From assembly GCF_000008465.1 (NCBI RefSeq), contig NC_006512.1, forward strand, positions 1,890,001 to 1,922,000: DNA of 32,000 nucleotides, in the 5' to 3' direction. Positions 1 through 9,306 of this stretch are shown here, piece after piece. The translations under genes were made by a program, and so were the position numbers. The notes below the pieces were generated by a model. That model had not been told where the DNA came from and ran no database searches. It saw only the letters and a program-made list of their open reading frames with translations. The stretch comes from Idiomarina loihiensis L2TR. Its GTDB lineage: Bacteria > Pseudomonadota > Gammaproteobacteria > Enterobacterales > Alteromonadaceae. The number at the start of each line of letters is the position of its first letter. The stretch's first letter is position 1.

Positions 1-2
1 GT

Positions 3-1226
3 ATGAGTCAGTCATTACCCGCTTATTTTGGCGATTTCGGCGGCCAGTTCGTTCCTGAGATCTTACTACCCGCACTAGAGCAGTTGGAACAGGCCTTTAT
101 AGAGGCACAACAGGACGATGACTTTCAGGCTGAATTTCGCGGATTGTTGAAAAACTACTTAGGCAGACCGACACCACTGAGTTTGTGCCGTAACCTGCCG
201 CTGAACAGCCCAAATAAAACCAAAATTTATCTTAAACGTGAAGATTTACTTCATGGCGGCGCCCACAAAACCAACCAGGTGCTGGGACAAGCGTTACTGG
301 CTAAGCGCATGGGTAAAACGCGCATTATTGCAGAAACTGGTGCAGGGCAGCACGGCACCGCAACAGCCCTGGCCTGCGCACTGCTGGACCTGGAATGCAT
401 TATTTATATGGGCAAAAAAGATGTTGAGCGCCAGCAGCCCAATGTCTTCCGTATGGAATTAATGGGCGCAAAAGTGGTACCTGTGGATACCGGTAGCGGT
501 ACTCTAAAAGATGCGGTCAATGAAGCTCTGCGTGACTGGACAGCAAGTTATCCCAACACCCACTACTTATTAGGAACAGCTGCAGGCGCACACCCCTTCC
601 CGACTATAGTGCGTGAATTTCACCGCATGATTGGTGAAGAAGCTAAAGCCCAAATTATCGAGCAAGCTGGTCGCTTACCGGACGAAGTTATTGCCTGTGT
701 CGGCGGCGGATCCAACGCCATTGGCATGTTCGCCGACTTTATCGACGAGGAAGGTGTTGATTTAGTAGGTGTTGAGCCTGCAGGTAAAGGTGTTGAAACC
801 AAGCAGCACGGCGCTACGCTGGCTGCGGGTAAACCCGGGATTTTGCATGGTTGTCTATCGTTTTTAATGCAAAACGACGAAGGACAAATTGAGGAGTCCT
901 ATTCAGTATCAGCCGGTCTGGACTACCCCGGCGTGGGCCCTCAACATGCGCATTTAAAAGCTATTGGTCGGGCGCGATACGAATCAGTAACCGATGAAGA
1001 AGCACTGGAAGCCTTTAAGCTGCTCTCCCGCCATGAAGGCATTATTCCTGCGCTGGAACCTGCCCATGCGCTGGCTTACGCGCTAAAACGAGCCGCAGAA
1101 CCAGATGCTCCGGAAATATTACTACTTAACTTATCCGGCCGCGGTGATAAAGACATTGACCACGTACGTCGTATTTTTAGTGCTCAGGAAAATGCTGAAG
1201 TTAGCGCGAAAGGAGAACAAAAATGA
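3..1226 (+). CDS. trpB: Tryptophan synthase beta chain
   Basis: The 407-aa ORF has the canonical TrpB N-terminus ([14 protein letters not shown]), the PLP-lysine motif HGGAHKTNQ and the glycine loop GGGSNAIG. Its stop overlaps the next start (ATGA at 1223-1226). Confidence 0.95.
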
Positions 1227-2032
1227 GCCGGTATGAAAGCTGTTTCGCACAATTAAAAGCTAATAACCAGGGTGCTTTCGTTCCTTTTGTGACACTTGGA
1301 GACCCAACTCCGGGGCAAAGTGTGGACGTTATCAAGGCTCTTATTGATGGTGGTGCCGATGCGCTGGAATTGGGTCTGCCATTTTCAGACCCGGTTGCTG
1401 ATGGTCCCATGATCCAGCGGGCAAATTTACGAGCCTTAGAGTCGGGAACAACCTTTAAGCATATTTTAGAGATTTTAAAAGAAATTAGAGACTATTCACC
1501 GCAGATACCCATAGGCTTATTGGTTTACGCAAACTTAATCTACGCGAAAGGTGTTCGCAACTTTTACCAGCAAATGAAAGATGCAGGCGTAGATTCAGTG
1601 CTTATTGCTGATGTTCCGACCAAAGAAGCCAAACGCTTCGCCGACATAGCCAAAGAAATTGGAATTGAAGCGGTGTTTATTGCGCCACCAGATGCCAGTG
1701 ATGCGCTATTAATTGATATCGCGAAGCAATGTGCGGGTTATGTCTACCTACTGAGTCGTTCAGGGGTTACCGGTGCTGACACACAAATGCAGGCCCCCGC
1801 TTCGGAACTGATTAATAAACTGAAAGAAGCAGGTGCCCCGCCAACGTTGCTTGGGTTTGGTATATCCCAGCCGGAACATGTTCAGCGAGCGCTAGCAGCA
1901 GGCGCAGACGGTGCCATTAGTGGTTCGGCTGTGGTTGCGCTTATCGAGAAAAACCTCGACAATAACGCGCAGCAAGTAGCGGACTTAAAGGCTTTTGTAA
2001 AAAGCATGAAGGCCGCAACCCAATTGTCGTAG
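1223..2032 (+). CDS. trpA: Tryptophan synthase alpha chain
   Basis: The 269-aa ORF carries TrpA motifs ([20 protein letters not shown]) and is translationally coupled to trpB. Confidence 0.95.
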
Positions 2033-2052
2033 AGTTGCCTCCGGAGTAGTTA

Positions 2053-2595
2053 ATGGCCCTGTTGTTAGAATATTTACCCATAATCGCCTTTTTCGTGTTT
2101 TACAAACTAGCGGATATTTACGTCGCTACTGGCGTGCTTATGGTTGGTACTGTGTTGCAAATTCTGGCGTTAAAACTACTTAAGCAGCCGATAACCACTC
2201 GCCATTGGGTAATATTGGCTGTAGTAATGCTGTTTGGCGCAGTAACACTTTTATTGCGCGACGACTGGTTCATTAAAATGAAAGTGTCCGTCGTTTACGT
2301 GGCCATAGCGCTAATGCTTTTAGGCGGCTTGATATGGAAAAAACGCAGTCCAATTCAGGCTATGATGGGTAAAGATATTAAGCTGCCAGATACAGCATGG
2401 TCGCGCTTAACCTATGCCTGGATCATATTCTGCCTGGCACTGGCAGCAGTAAACCTTTACATTGCGGAATTCTGGAGCCAGGAGGCATGGGTTAATTTTA
2501 AAGTCTTTGGCATACTGGGTATTTCACTCGTATTCACAATTGGTACCGGATTCTATATGTACCATCACGCCATTGATGAGGAGACCCAGGACTAA
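2053..2595 (+). CDS. yciB: Inner-membrane septation protein YciB/IspZ family
   Basis: The 180-aa ORF has about 5 hydrophobic helices, and its size and N-terminus fit the YciB family. It lies next to a yciI-like gene, as in enterics. Confidence 0.8.
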   Translation: MALLLEYLPIIAFFVFYKLADIYVATGVLMVGTVLQILALKLLKQPITTRHWVILAVVMLFGAVTLLLRDDWFIKMKVSVVYVAIALMLLGGLIWKKRSPIQAMMGKDIKLPDTAWSRLTYAWIIFCLALAAVNLYIAEFWSQEAWVNFKVFGILGISLVFTIGTGFYMYHHAIDEETQD

Positions 2596-2897
2596 TGTGG
2601 TTTGTTATTTTCGCAGAAGATCATGAGAACTCTCTGGAAGGTCGTAAGCAGGCGCGTCCTGCTCATCTTGAACGCTTAAAAGCGTTGCAAAATGACGGCC
2701 GTCTGCTCGTCGCGGGCCCCTGTCCGGCCATCGCGGAACTAGACCCGGGCGTGCTTGGTTTTACCGGCTCTGTGGTCATCGCTGAATTTGAGACTCTGGA
2801 AGAAGCAGAGCAATGGGCTAACGACGACCCATACTGGCAAGCCGGTGTCTATAAAAAAGCAACGGTTAAGCCATTTAACGCCGTTTTACCGAACTAA
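2595..2897 (+). CDS. YciI-family protein
   Basis: The 100-aa ORF overlaps the yciB stop (TAATG). Its size and sequence (RPAHLERL...GP...AGVY) resemble the YciI-like fold family. Confidence 0.75.
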   Translation: MWFVIFAEDHENSLEGRKQARPAHLERLKALQNDGRLLVAGPCPAIAELDPGVLGFTGSVVIAEFETLEEAEQWANDDPYWQAGVYKKATVKPFNAVLPN

Positions 2898-2909
2898 TCA
2901 GGTTAATTA

Positions 2910-3764
2910 GTGACTATGCAGAGCGTCGAACTTACCGCCAATAATCGCTACCTGCATTGTGTCCGCTTTGAGCCTGAATCGAGCGCGAAGGCCACTGTTG
3001 TTATAGCTGCTGCGTTAGGTGTGAAACAACGTTTTTATCAACCCATAGCCCTCTGGTTAAGCAAACAGGGTTACCGCGTCATTACCTTTGACTATTACGG
3101 TATTGGCCAGTCCGTTGATAAGCCTTTGAAACAAATCAAGTCTGATATTATCGAATGGGCCGAGCTCGATATGACCGCCGTGATTGACTATGCTCAGTCC
3201 TGCCAAAGGGGTGAGCCCTTAATTTGGCTAGCACATAGCCTGGGCGGCCAAATTGTCGCCATGGCGCAGAATGCCAACAAGATAGATAAGATGGTGACCA
3301 TAGCCAGCGGCACCGGTTATTGGTTAAAAGCCAGCAAGCAGGTCCGTTGGACATCATGGTTACTCTGGTATTTTGCAGCTCCTATTAGCACACCTATTGC
3401 CGGTTACTTTCCCGGTAAACGCTTAAACATGGTTGGCGATATGCCCGCAGCAGCGATGAAACAATGGAGCCGCTGGTGCCGCAGTAAAGACTATTTGTTT
3501 GATAACATCAGTACTGATCAAAAAGTCCGTTACGATGAATTTTCTGCACCCATCAGCGCCTTTCATATTACTGACGACGAATTGTTGCAACGCTCCAACA
3601 TCGAAAACCTGCTGGCGCACTACCCTAACGCAGAGAAGGTATTAAAAGACTTGCAACCGGAAATAACCGAAAGCAAAGGTATCGGGCATTTCAACTTCTT
3701 TCGCAGTCAATTCAAAGAGTCTCTCTGGCGTAAAAGCTTGCTAGACGCACTGCAGGTCAATTAA
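2910..3764 (+). CDS. Alpha/beta-fold hydrolase
   Basis: The 284-aa ORF has the nucleophile elbow HSLGG (GxSxG). The track start at 2910 is GTG, and an ATG at 2916 is an alternative start. Confidence 0.7.
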   Translation: MTMQSVELTANNRYLHCVRFEPESSAKATVVIAAALGVKQRFYQPIALWLSKQGYRVITFDYYGIGQSVDKPLKQIKSDIIEWAELDMTAVIDYAQSCQRGEPLIWLAHSLGGQIVAMAQNANKIDKMVTIASGTGYWLKASKQVRWTSWLLWYFAAPISTPIAGYFPGKRLNMVGDMPAAAMKQWSRWCRSKDYLFDNISTDQKVRYDEFSAPISAFHITDDELLQRSNIENLLAHYPNAEKVLKDLQPEITESKGIGHFNFFRSQFKESLWRKSLLDALQVN

Positions 3765-3805
3765 AGTCGTTATAGAATCAGTCTAATTAATAAGGGCGCT
3801 TCGCA

Positions 3806-5068
3806 ATGCACTACCAAATCGAACTGGCGTTATCTTTACTGGCAGCTCTGGCGTTAGGCTTGATGATAGGCATTGAACGCGGCTGGAGCGGCAGGGACAG
3901 TGATGAGGGCACTCGTGTTGCCGGCGTACGAACCTTCAGCCTAATAGGTCTTAGCGGCGGTGTTTTTGCTATTTTAGCTCAACAATGGGGCGTATGGCTT
4001 ATCGTTACCGGTTTCATTGTTGTTGCCATACTCATTGCATCGTCTTATATAAGTTATAGCAAGCTCTCCGATGACGCAGGTATTACCACCGAATTCTCAA
4101 TGCTGCTGACTTTTGCACTGGCAATTTGGGCTGCCTCTGGTGATCCTCTACCTGCGCTCAGTTGCGGTGCGGTAGTTGTTGCTCTTCTCGGCCATAAAAA
4201 AAGTCTGCACAAATTGCTTAAATGCATTTCACCTAAGGCCTTTTACTCAGGTATCACACTACTATTGATATCTGTGGTGGTTCTGCCTTTGCTGCCAAAT
4301 GAAGGCTACGGCCCCTGGCAGGCGTTGAACCCCTACTGGCTTTGGTGGATGGTCGTTTTAATTTCGGGTCTGTCTTTTATTGGCTATCTGTTTACCCAAC
4401 TGCTGGGAGAGAGGCGCGGCACTTTGATTACCGCAATCGCCGGAGGCTTCGCATCATCCACAGCCGTTACCCTAACTATGGCTCGTTTTGCGAAAAAAAA
4501 CTCTCAGAGCGTAATTTACGCCAGCGGCATGCTGCTCGCCTGTAGCATTATGTTCCCGCGAGTTCTTATTGAGGTCTTTGTGGTTAACCGTGAACTTTTA
4601 CCATTATTGTGGCCGCCTATTCTTCTCATGTTCGCCGGGTTATTAACTGTCATAACACTCATGTACAGACAACATAAACGTAATCCTCCCTCCGAAACCG
4701 GAGAGATTACCATCAATAACCCACTGCAACTGACCACTGCTATCCAGTTTGGTATTTTATTAGCAGTTATTTTGTTATTGGCAGAGGCAATGAAAAACTG
4801 GTTTGGTGATGCCGGGATATACGGCCTTTCCATAATATCCGGTCTGATGGATGTTGACGCTATTACCTTGTCACTATCACGCTCAGCTCAGAGCGAACTC
4901 TCGCGCCAGGTAGCCGCTACGGGAATTATCTTAGCCTGTGTCAGTAATACTCTGCTTAAAGGCATTATGTTCGCTTCTGTCGCCGGTATTAAATTGCACT
5001 ATCGTTACGCTGTTTACATGATTTTAAGCGTTATTCCCGGCTTGCTTTACGCCTTTTGGCAGTTTTAA
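3806..5068 (+). CDS. MgtC/SapB-family plus DUF4010-type integral membrane protein
   Basis: The 420-aa ORF is highly hydrophobic throughout. It has an N-terminal GIERGW motif typical of MgtC-family proteins. Confidence 0.65.
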   Translation: MHYQIELALSLLAALALGLMIGIERGWSGRDSDEGTRVAGVRTFSLIGLSGGVFAILAQQWGVWLIVTGFIVVAILIASSYISYSKLSDDAGITTEFSMLLTFALAIWAASGDPLPALSCGAVVVALLGHKKSLHKLLKCISPKAFYSGITLLLISVVVLPLLPNEGYGPWQALNPYWLWWMVVLISGLSFIGYLFTQLLGERRGTLITAIAGGFASSTAVTLTMARFAKKNSQSVIYASGMLLACSIMFPRVLIEVFVVNRELLPLLWPPILLMFAGLLTVITLMYRQHKRNPPSETGEITINNPLQLTTAIQFGILLAVILLLAEAMKNWFGDAGIYGLSIISGLMDVDAITLSLSRSAQSELSRQVAATGIILACVSNTLLKGIMFASVAGIKLHYRYAVYMILSVIPGLLYAFWQF

Positions 5069-5093
5069 TTATCACAAACGCAGGACAACAATT

Positions 5094-6221
5094 ATGAAAT
5101 CAGCTCCTGACTGGATTGCACATCCGGATACACCTTATTTGCTCATCGATGAAGCTAAATTGAAGAGTAACATTAACTATCTTAAGCAACGGGTTGAGTC
5201 CCTTGGCAGTCATTTACGCCCGCACTTAAAAACCCTGCGTACTCTGGAGGCGGCTGGGTATCTACTCGATAGTAAGAGTGCTCCGGCCACAGTATCAACG
5301 TTAGCTGAGGCCGAGGCCTACGCGAAGGCAGGTTATACCGATTTACTTTATGCTGTTGGCATAGCGCCGGCAAAGCTAAAGCGTGTAGCCGCACTAAGAC
5401 AGCAAGGCATTAATCTGCATATTCTTTTAGATAATATAACGCAGGCACAAGCGGTTGTTGATTATGCTGCTGAGTTTGGGCAAGACTTTTCCGTTTTTAT
5501 TGAAATAGACAGTGACGATCACCGTGGTGGTATTAAGCCAAGCGATTCAAAATTGTTAACCATTGCAAAAACACTTGGCGAGCATTTCACCGGTTTAATG
5601 ACCCATGCCGGTGGCTCATACGCCTGCAATACGGAACAAGGCTTAAAAAACTTCGCCAAACAAGAATGCGATGCCGTTCGAATAGCACGAAACAACCTGG
5701 AAACCGCCGGTATTCACTGCGCTATAACCAGCGTTGGTTCAACGCCGACAGCTCATTTTGGCGAAGACTTTAGTGACATTAGTGAAGTCAGAGCCGGCGT
5801 TTACACCACCTTTGACTTAGTCATGAAAAACATCGGTGTATGCGACTTCTCGCACATAGCCATGTCCGTCGTCACCACAGTAATCGGCCACAACAAAGAG
5901 AAGAATTGGCTGCTGACTGACAGCGGCTGGATGGCATTGTCGCGTGATAGTGGAACAGCGGGTCAGAACCGTGATTTTGGCTATGGACAAGTATGTAAAA
6001 TAGACGGTTCTGTGCTTGATGGCCTTTGTGTTAATAGTACCTCGCAAGAGCACGGCGTTATAGAGTTAAGCGACGCTTACCAATTAGAAGACTTTCCCGT
6101 TGGTCATCAACTACGCATTATGCCCAACCATGCCTGTGCCACTGCCGCCATGCATCCCGTTTACCATGTGCTAATGAGTGACGGTTCGCATAACACCTGG
6201 CAACGCATTACTGGCTGGTAA
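5094..6221 (+). CDS. PLP-dependent D-serine dehydratase / D-threonine aldolase-like enzyme (alanine racemase N-terminal fold, DSD1 family)
   Basis: The 375-aa ORF has the RPHLKT PLP-lysine context and a C-terminal MPNHAC motif characteristic of this family. Confidence 0.7.
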   Translation: MKSAPDWIAHPDTPYLLIDEAKLKSNINYLKQRVESLGSHLRPHLKTLRTLEAAGYLLDSKSAPATVSTLAEAEAYAKAGYTDLLYAVGIAPAKLKRVAALRQQGINLHILLDNITQAQAVVDYAAEFGQDFSVFIEIDSDDHRGGIKPSDSKLLTIAKTLGEHFTGLMTHAGGSYACNTEQGLKNFAKQECDAVRIARNNLETAGIHCAITSVGSTPTAHFGEDFSDISEVRAGVYTTFDLVMKNIGVCDFSHIAMSVVTTVIGHNKEKNWLLTDSGWMALSRDSGTAGQNRDFGYGQVCKIDGSVLDGLCVNSTSQEHGVIELSDAYQLEDFPVGHQLRIMPNHACATAAMHPVYHVLMSDGSHNTWQRITGW

Positions 6222-6253
6222 TCAACTGCACCGCTTCTTAGTTGCCAGGTTAC

Positions 6254-6290
6254 AAGCAAAAGGGAAAGCTACAAGCTTTCCCCTTCGTTT
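6254..6290. terminator. Bidirectional hairpin between convergent genes
   Basis: A 9-bp stem, gggaaagct (6262-6270) / agctttccc (6274-6282), has a 3-nt loop. On the minus strand it is followed by TTTTGC, and on the plus strand by a T-containing tail. It overlaps the last codons and stop of the minus-strand MBL gene. Confidence 0.5.
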
Positions 6291-7348
6291 AAAATCACGA
6301 TTTCAGCTGATGTCCCAACTTTCTCTGCCATATTTAAAAAGCGAGTTAGTGCCGAGTGAGAGGATAGATCTCCCAGACCCCAGCTTGCATTGCCGTATCC
6401 CCAGGGGATAAATACTTTGCAATTAAGATCAGCGGCTGCCGCCAGGGCGTCTTCCGGCGTCATGTGAACATAGCGATACCATTCAGGCGACTCTTCACTG
6501 TAATAAGACGCTATCGGCAACAGACACACATCAATATCACCGTAACGCTTGTTTATTACTTTAAAGTGTTCTGAATAACCGGTATCTCCGGCGAAAAGCA
6601 ACGTCTTCCCCTTGTTTTCGATTAACCAGGCATTCCAGGAGTCTTTATTGTTATCTTCGTAAATAAAGGGCACCAAGGTGCGGCTACTAAAGTGGTGAGC
6701 AGGCACCGCAGTCACCAGAGAGTCACCTATTTTCTTCGAAGAAAACCAACCGAGTTCAGTTATATTTGCTCCAATGGATGGAAAGTGATCGGCCAGATTC
6801 AATGGCACTAAGTATCCGGGCTTGCGCCCTATGGTTTCAATATCGCTCTTATTAAAATGATCGTAATGAATATGGGAGTATAATACCGCATCGGTGGCAT
6901 CAATCAGCTCTGGATCTGGCTCCACATTCACCTTTCGCTGTTCACCTCCAACAAGTGAAAACAGCCAGTTAACTGGCCAGTCAAAGTCATTGAAGACTGG
7001 ATCCGTTAAAAACGTCTCTCCGCTTGAGGTTTTAATGACAAAAGCTGCGTGACCCAGCCATTTAACAGAGAAATCCGTTCCCCCGAGGAAAGCCTTCTTA
7101 TTTCCAGTGTACTGACACAACCCATCGCTACCACACTGAATATCGCTACGAGGCTTATAGCAATCTTGTTTACAGGTTAACGGATAGCTCTTCTCACCGG
7201 CGTCCAGGTTTTGAAAGCGCCCGGTTTCCTCATTAATCAGTTGAGTCTTTTTGTTCGTTGTCGTTACTAAGTTTGCGCTGCACCCAGTTAAAACTAAGGA
7301 GAGCAATGCATAAGCAGTAACCAGCATTAGCTCGTTAATTTTCACCAC
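6269..7348 (-). CDS. MBL-fold metallo-hydrolase, probable lipoprotein
   Basis: The 359-aa ORF has a lipobox (LVLTGC) near the N-terminus and an HxHxDH motif (HIHYDH). The start is ambiguous between GTG at 7348 and ATG at 7327. Confidence 0.65.
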   Translation of the reverse strand: MVKINELMLVTAYALLSLVLTGCSANLVTTTNKKTQLINEETGRFQNLDAGEKSYPLTCKQDCYKPRSDIQCGSDGLCQYTGNKKAFLGGTDFSVKWLGHAAFVIKTSSGETFLTDPVFNDFDWPVNWLFSLVGGEQRKVNVEPDPELIDATDAVLYSHIHYDHFNKSDIETIGRKPGYLVPLNLADHFPSIGANITELGWFSSKKIGDSLVTAVPAHHFSSRTLVPFIYEDNNKDSWNAWLIENKGKTLLFAGDTGYSEHFKVINKRYGDIDVCLLPIASYYSEESPEWYRYVHMTPEDALAAAADLNCKVFIPWGYGNASWGLGDLSSHSALTRFLNMAEKVGTSAEIVILNEGESL

Positions 7349-7817
7349 TGAGCTGTACTCCGGAAACGCTAGCCTGACTCAAATCAGCCATGTGATGGCT
7401 TAAGCGCCAGTAGTAAATAAAATCTATCAGGATAACAGCGGCAAAGTCATAAACCGTAAACGAATAGTCTGCATCACCGATAAAAATATCCCGAGAAATT
7501 GAAACAATAATGCCAAAGAGTATTATGAGTGGAAGTAACCGTATAAATACCACCCAGCTGAGTGAAACATATCTCTCAAGAAACTCCCTACCGTCACGCC
7601 CTCCATTAGACTTATAAATAAATGTCGTTCCGAGTACAACAAAGGCTAACTCAACCCAGAACAGAGCTTTATCCCACACCGACGTATTTTCACCCACAAT
7701 GGCTATTGGTAGGGTAAATAAAACCAACATCACTACCAAATAGTAAAAGGCTTGAGTTTGACTGAAGCGTCCCTGAAGAAAGTCCCTTTTCAGCGCATCA
7801 ATATTCCAAAAGTACAT
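7335..7817 (-). CDS. Hypothetical small membrane protein
   Basis: The 160-aa ORF has 4 hydrophobic segments and sits immediately upstream of the MBL gene, overlapping it if the 7348 start is used. I recognise no family. Confidence 0.45.
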   Translation of the reverse strand: MYFWNIDALKRDFLQGRFSQTQAFYYLVVMLVLFTLPIAIVGENTSVWDKALFWVELAFVVLGTTFIYKSNGGRDGREFLERYVSLSWVVFIRLLPLIILFGIIVSISRDIFIGDADYSFTVYDFAAVILIDFIYYWRLSHHMADLSQASVSGVQLSGEN

Positions 7818-7922
7818 ATTAGCTCCCTAAATTAAACGTATCTAAGGAGACTAATCTTAATGAGGCAGTAGGTCACGCCTCAAATTGTTAAACTTTGTAA
7901 CATATCAACCAAAATATTAAAT

Positions 7923-8330
7923 CTAATCAACCACTTCAGTCGCCACTTCAATAACCCCTGAGTCAAGATCAGCTATTTTATCAAAAGCGGAGCGTGACAA
8001 ATCAATCACTCTGCCATCAATAAACGGCCCACGATCATTAATTTTCACCACAACACTTTTGTTGTTAGCAATATTGGTGACTCGAACTTTGGTTCCAAAC
8101 GGCAAGGTTCGGTGAGCCGCGGTGCTGGAAAAGTGATTATAAGTCTCACCGCTTGCGGTAGTTCTGAATTGATACTTCATGGCGTAGTAAGAGGCTTTAC
8201 CAGATTCTCTAGTACCAACTACGTTTTGAGGGCTTTCAGCGGGAATAGAAGTACACCCGGTAAGCGCCAGCATAAAAATGCCAACGCCAAGGGTTAATTG
8301 TTTAAGTGGATACTGGTTTTTTGTTTTCAT
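7923..8330 (-). CDS. rlpA: RlpA-like (DPBB domain) lipoprotein
   Basis: The 135-aa ORF has a lipobox (LALTGC). The motifs ASYYA...TASGE...AAH..LPFGT.V.V.N..N.KSVVV.INDRGPF are canonical for the RlpA double-psi beta-barrel. It is a short form lacking the SPOR domain. Confidence 0.8.
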   Translation of the reverse strand: MKTKNQYPLKQLTLGVGIFMLALTGCTSIPAESPQNVVGTRESGKASYYAMKYQFRTTASGETYNHFSSTAAHRTLPFGTKVRVTNIANNKSVVVKINDRGPFIDGRVIDLSRSAFDKIADLDSGVIEVATEVVD

Positions 8331-8393
8331 CCCTCAATTTTACTGAGTTCCGAAAACACTGTCCGTTAAGAAAACAAAAAGACGTGTAAAGAA

Positions 8394-9284
8394 TTAAACA
8401 CTTGCCTTAAAAGCTTCTCGTACTGTCGGATACTCAAACTGAAAGCCATGATTACGCAGTTTATCCGGCACCACAGCTTGCCCTTCAAGTAGCATCGACG
8501 ACATTTCACCCAAGCCTAACTTAAGGACAAACGCCGGTACTCTCATAAAGTGCGGTTTATTCATAACCGATGCCAGGGTACGACTAAAGGCTTCGTTAGT
8601 CACTGGTCCGGGAGCCGTCATATTAACGGGCCCGGACAAATTATCGTGCTCCAACAGATACTCAATGGCTCGAATCATATCGTCCAGCTGGATCCAGGAC
8701 ATCATCTGATTGCCCTCACCCAACGGACCACCTAAACCAAACTTATAAGGCGGCAGCATTTTTGCTAATGCTCCCTCTCCTTTTGCCAAAACGACACCGG
8801 TACGCAGCAAAACTACACGAGTTGCATCTTTTGCTGCCAAAGCCCGTCGCTCCCACTCCTGACACAAAGTAACAGCAAAGTCCTTATGTTCAGCGACATG
8901 GTCTTCATTAACCGGCTCTGCATCACGCGGACCATAATAGCCAATGGCCGAGCCACTCAAAAAGGCTTTAGGTGGCTTTTCTGCTTTATTAATCATGGCG
9001 GCGAGCTTTTCTGTCACCTGCCAACGACTGTCTTTCAGGGCTTGCTTACGGGAATCAGACCAACGTTTATCCGCAATACCCTCGCCCTGTAAGTTTATAA
9101 TCGCATCAAACTGACCAATATCCACAATTTCATCGACCGAAGACAGCAAAGTTACATTGTCGCCCAGCTTTTTTCTCGCCCTTTCCTTGCTGCGAGTGGT
9201 GACCGTAAACTGATGCGTGTCCTGGTACTTATGAATAAACGCTGAGCCAATAAGCCCAGTACCACCTGTCATTAAAATGTTCAT
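8394..9284 (-). CDS. TIGR01777/YfcH-family NAD-dependent epimerase-like protein
   Basis: The 296-aa ORF has an N-terminal Rossmann motif (ILMTGGTGLIG) and a C-terminal DUF1731-like region. Confidence 0.8.
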   Translation of the reverse strand: MNILMTGGTGLIGSAFIHKYQDTHQFTVTTRSKERARKKLGDNVTLLSSVDEIVDIGQFDAIINLQGEGIADKRWSDSRKQALKDSRWQVTEKLAAMINKAEKPPKAFLSGSAIGYYGPRDAEPVNEDHVAEHKDFAVTLCQEWERRALAAKDATRVVLLRTGVVLAKGEGALAKMLPPYKFGLGGPLGEGNQMMSWIQLDDMIRAIEYLLEHDNLSGPVNMTAPGPVTNEAFSRTLASVMNKPHFMRVPAFVLKLGLGEMSSMLLEGQAVVPDKLRNHGFQFEYPTVREAFKASV

Positions 9285-9306
9285 CGGTCACCTCTTTTAT
9301 GTTCCA

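Noticed and set aside
6178-6411. A 77-aa plus-strand ORF spanning the end of the DSD1-like gene and the 3' end of the MBL gene.
   Set aside because: It overlaps two well-supported genes and the intergenic terminator hairpin, and has no recognisable features.
7861-7882. The hairpin tgaggc...gcctca downstream of the rlpA-like gene, considered as a terminator.
   Set aside because: It has a 6-bp stem with a 10-nt loop and no U-tract on the relevant minus strand, which is too weak to call.
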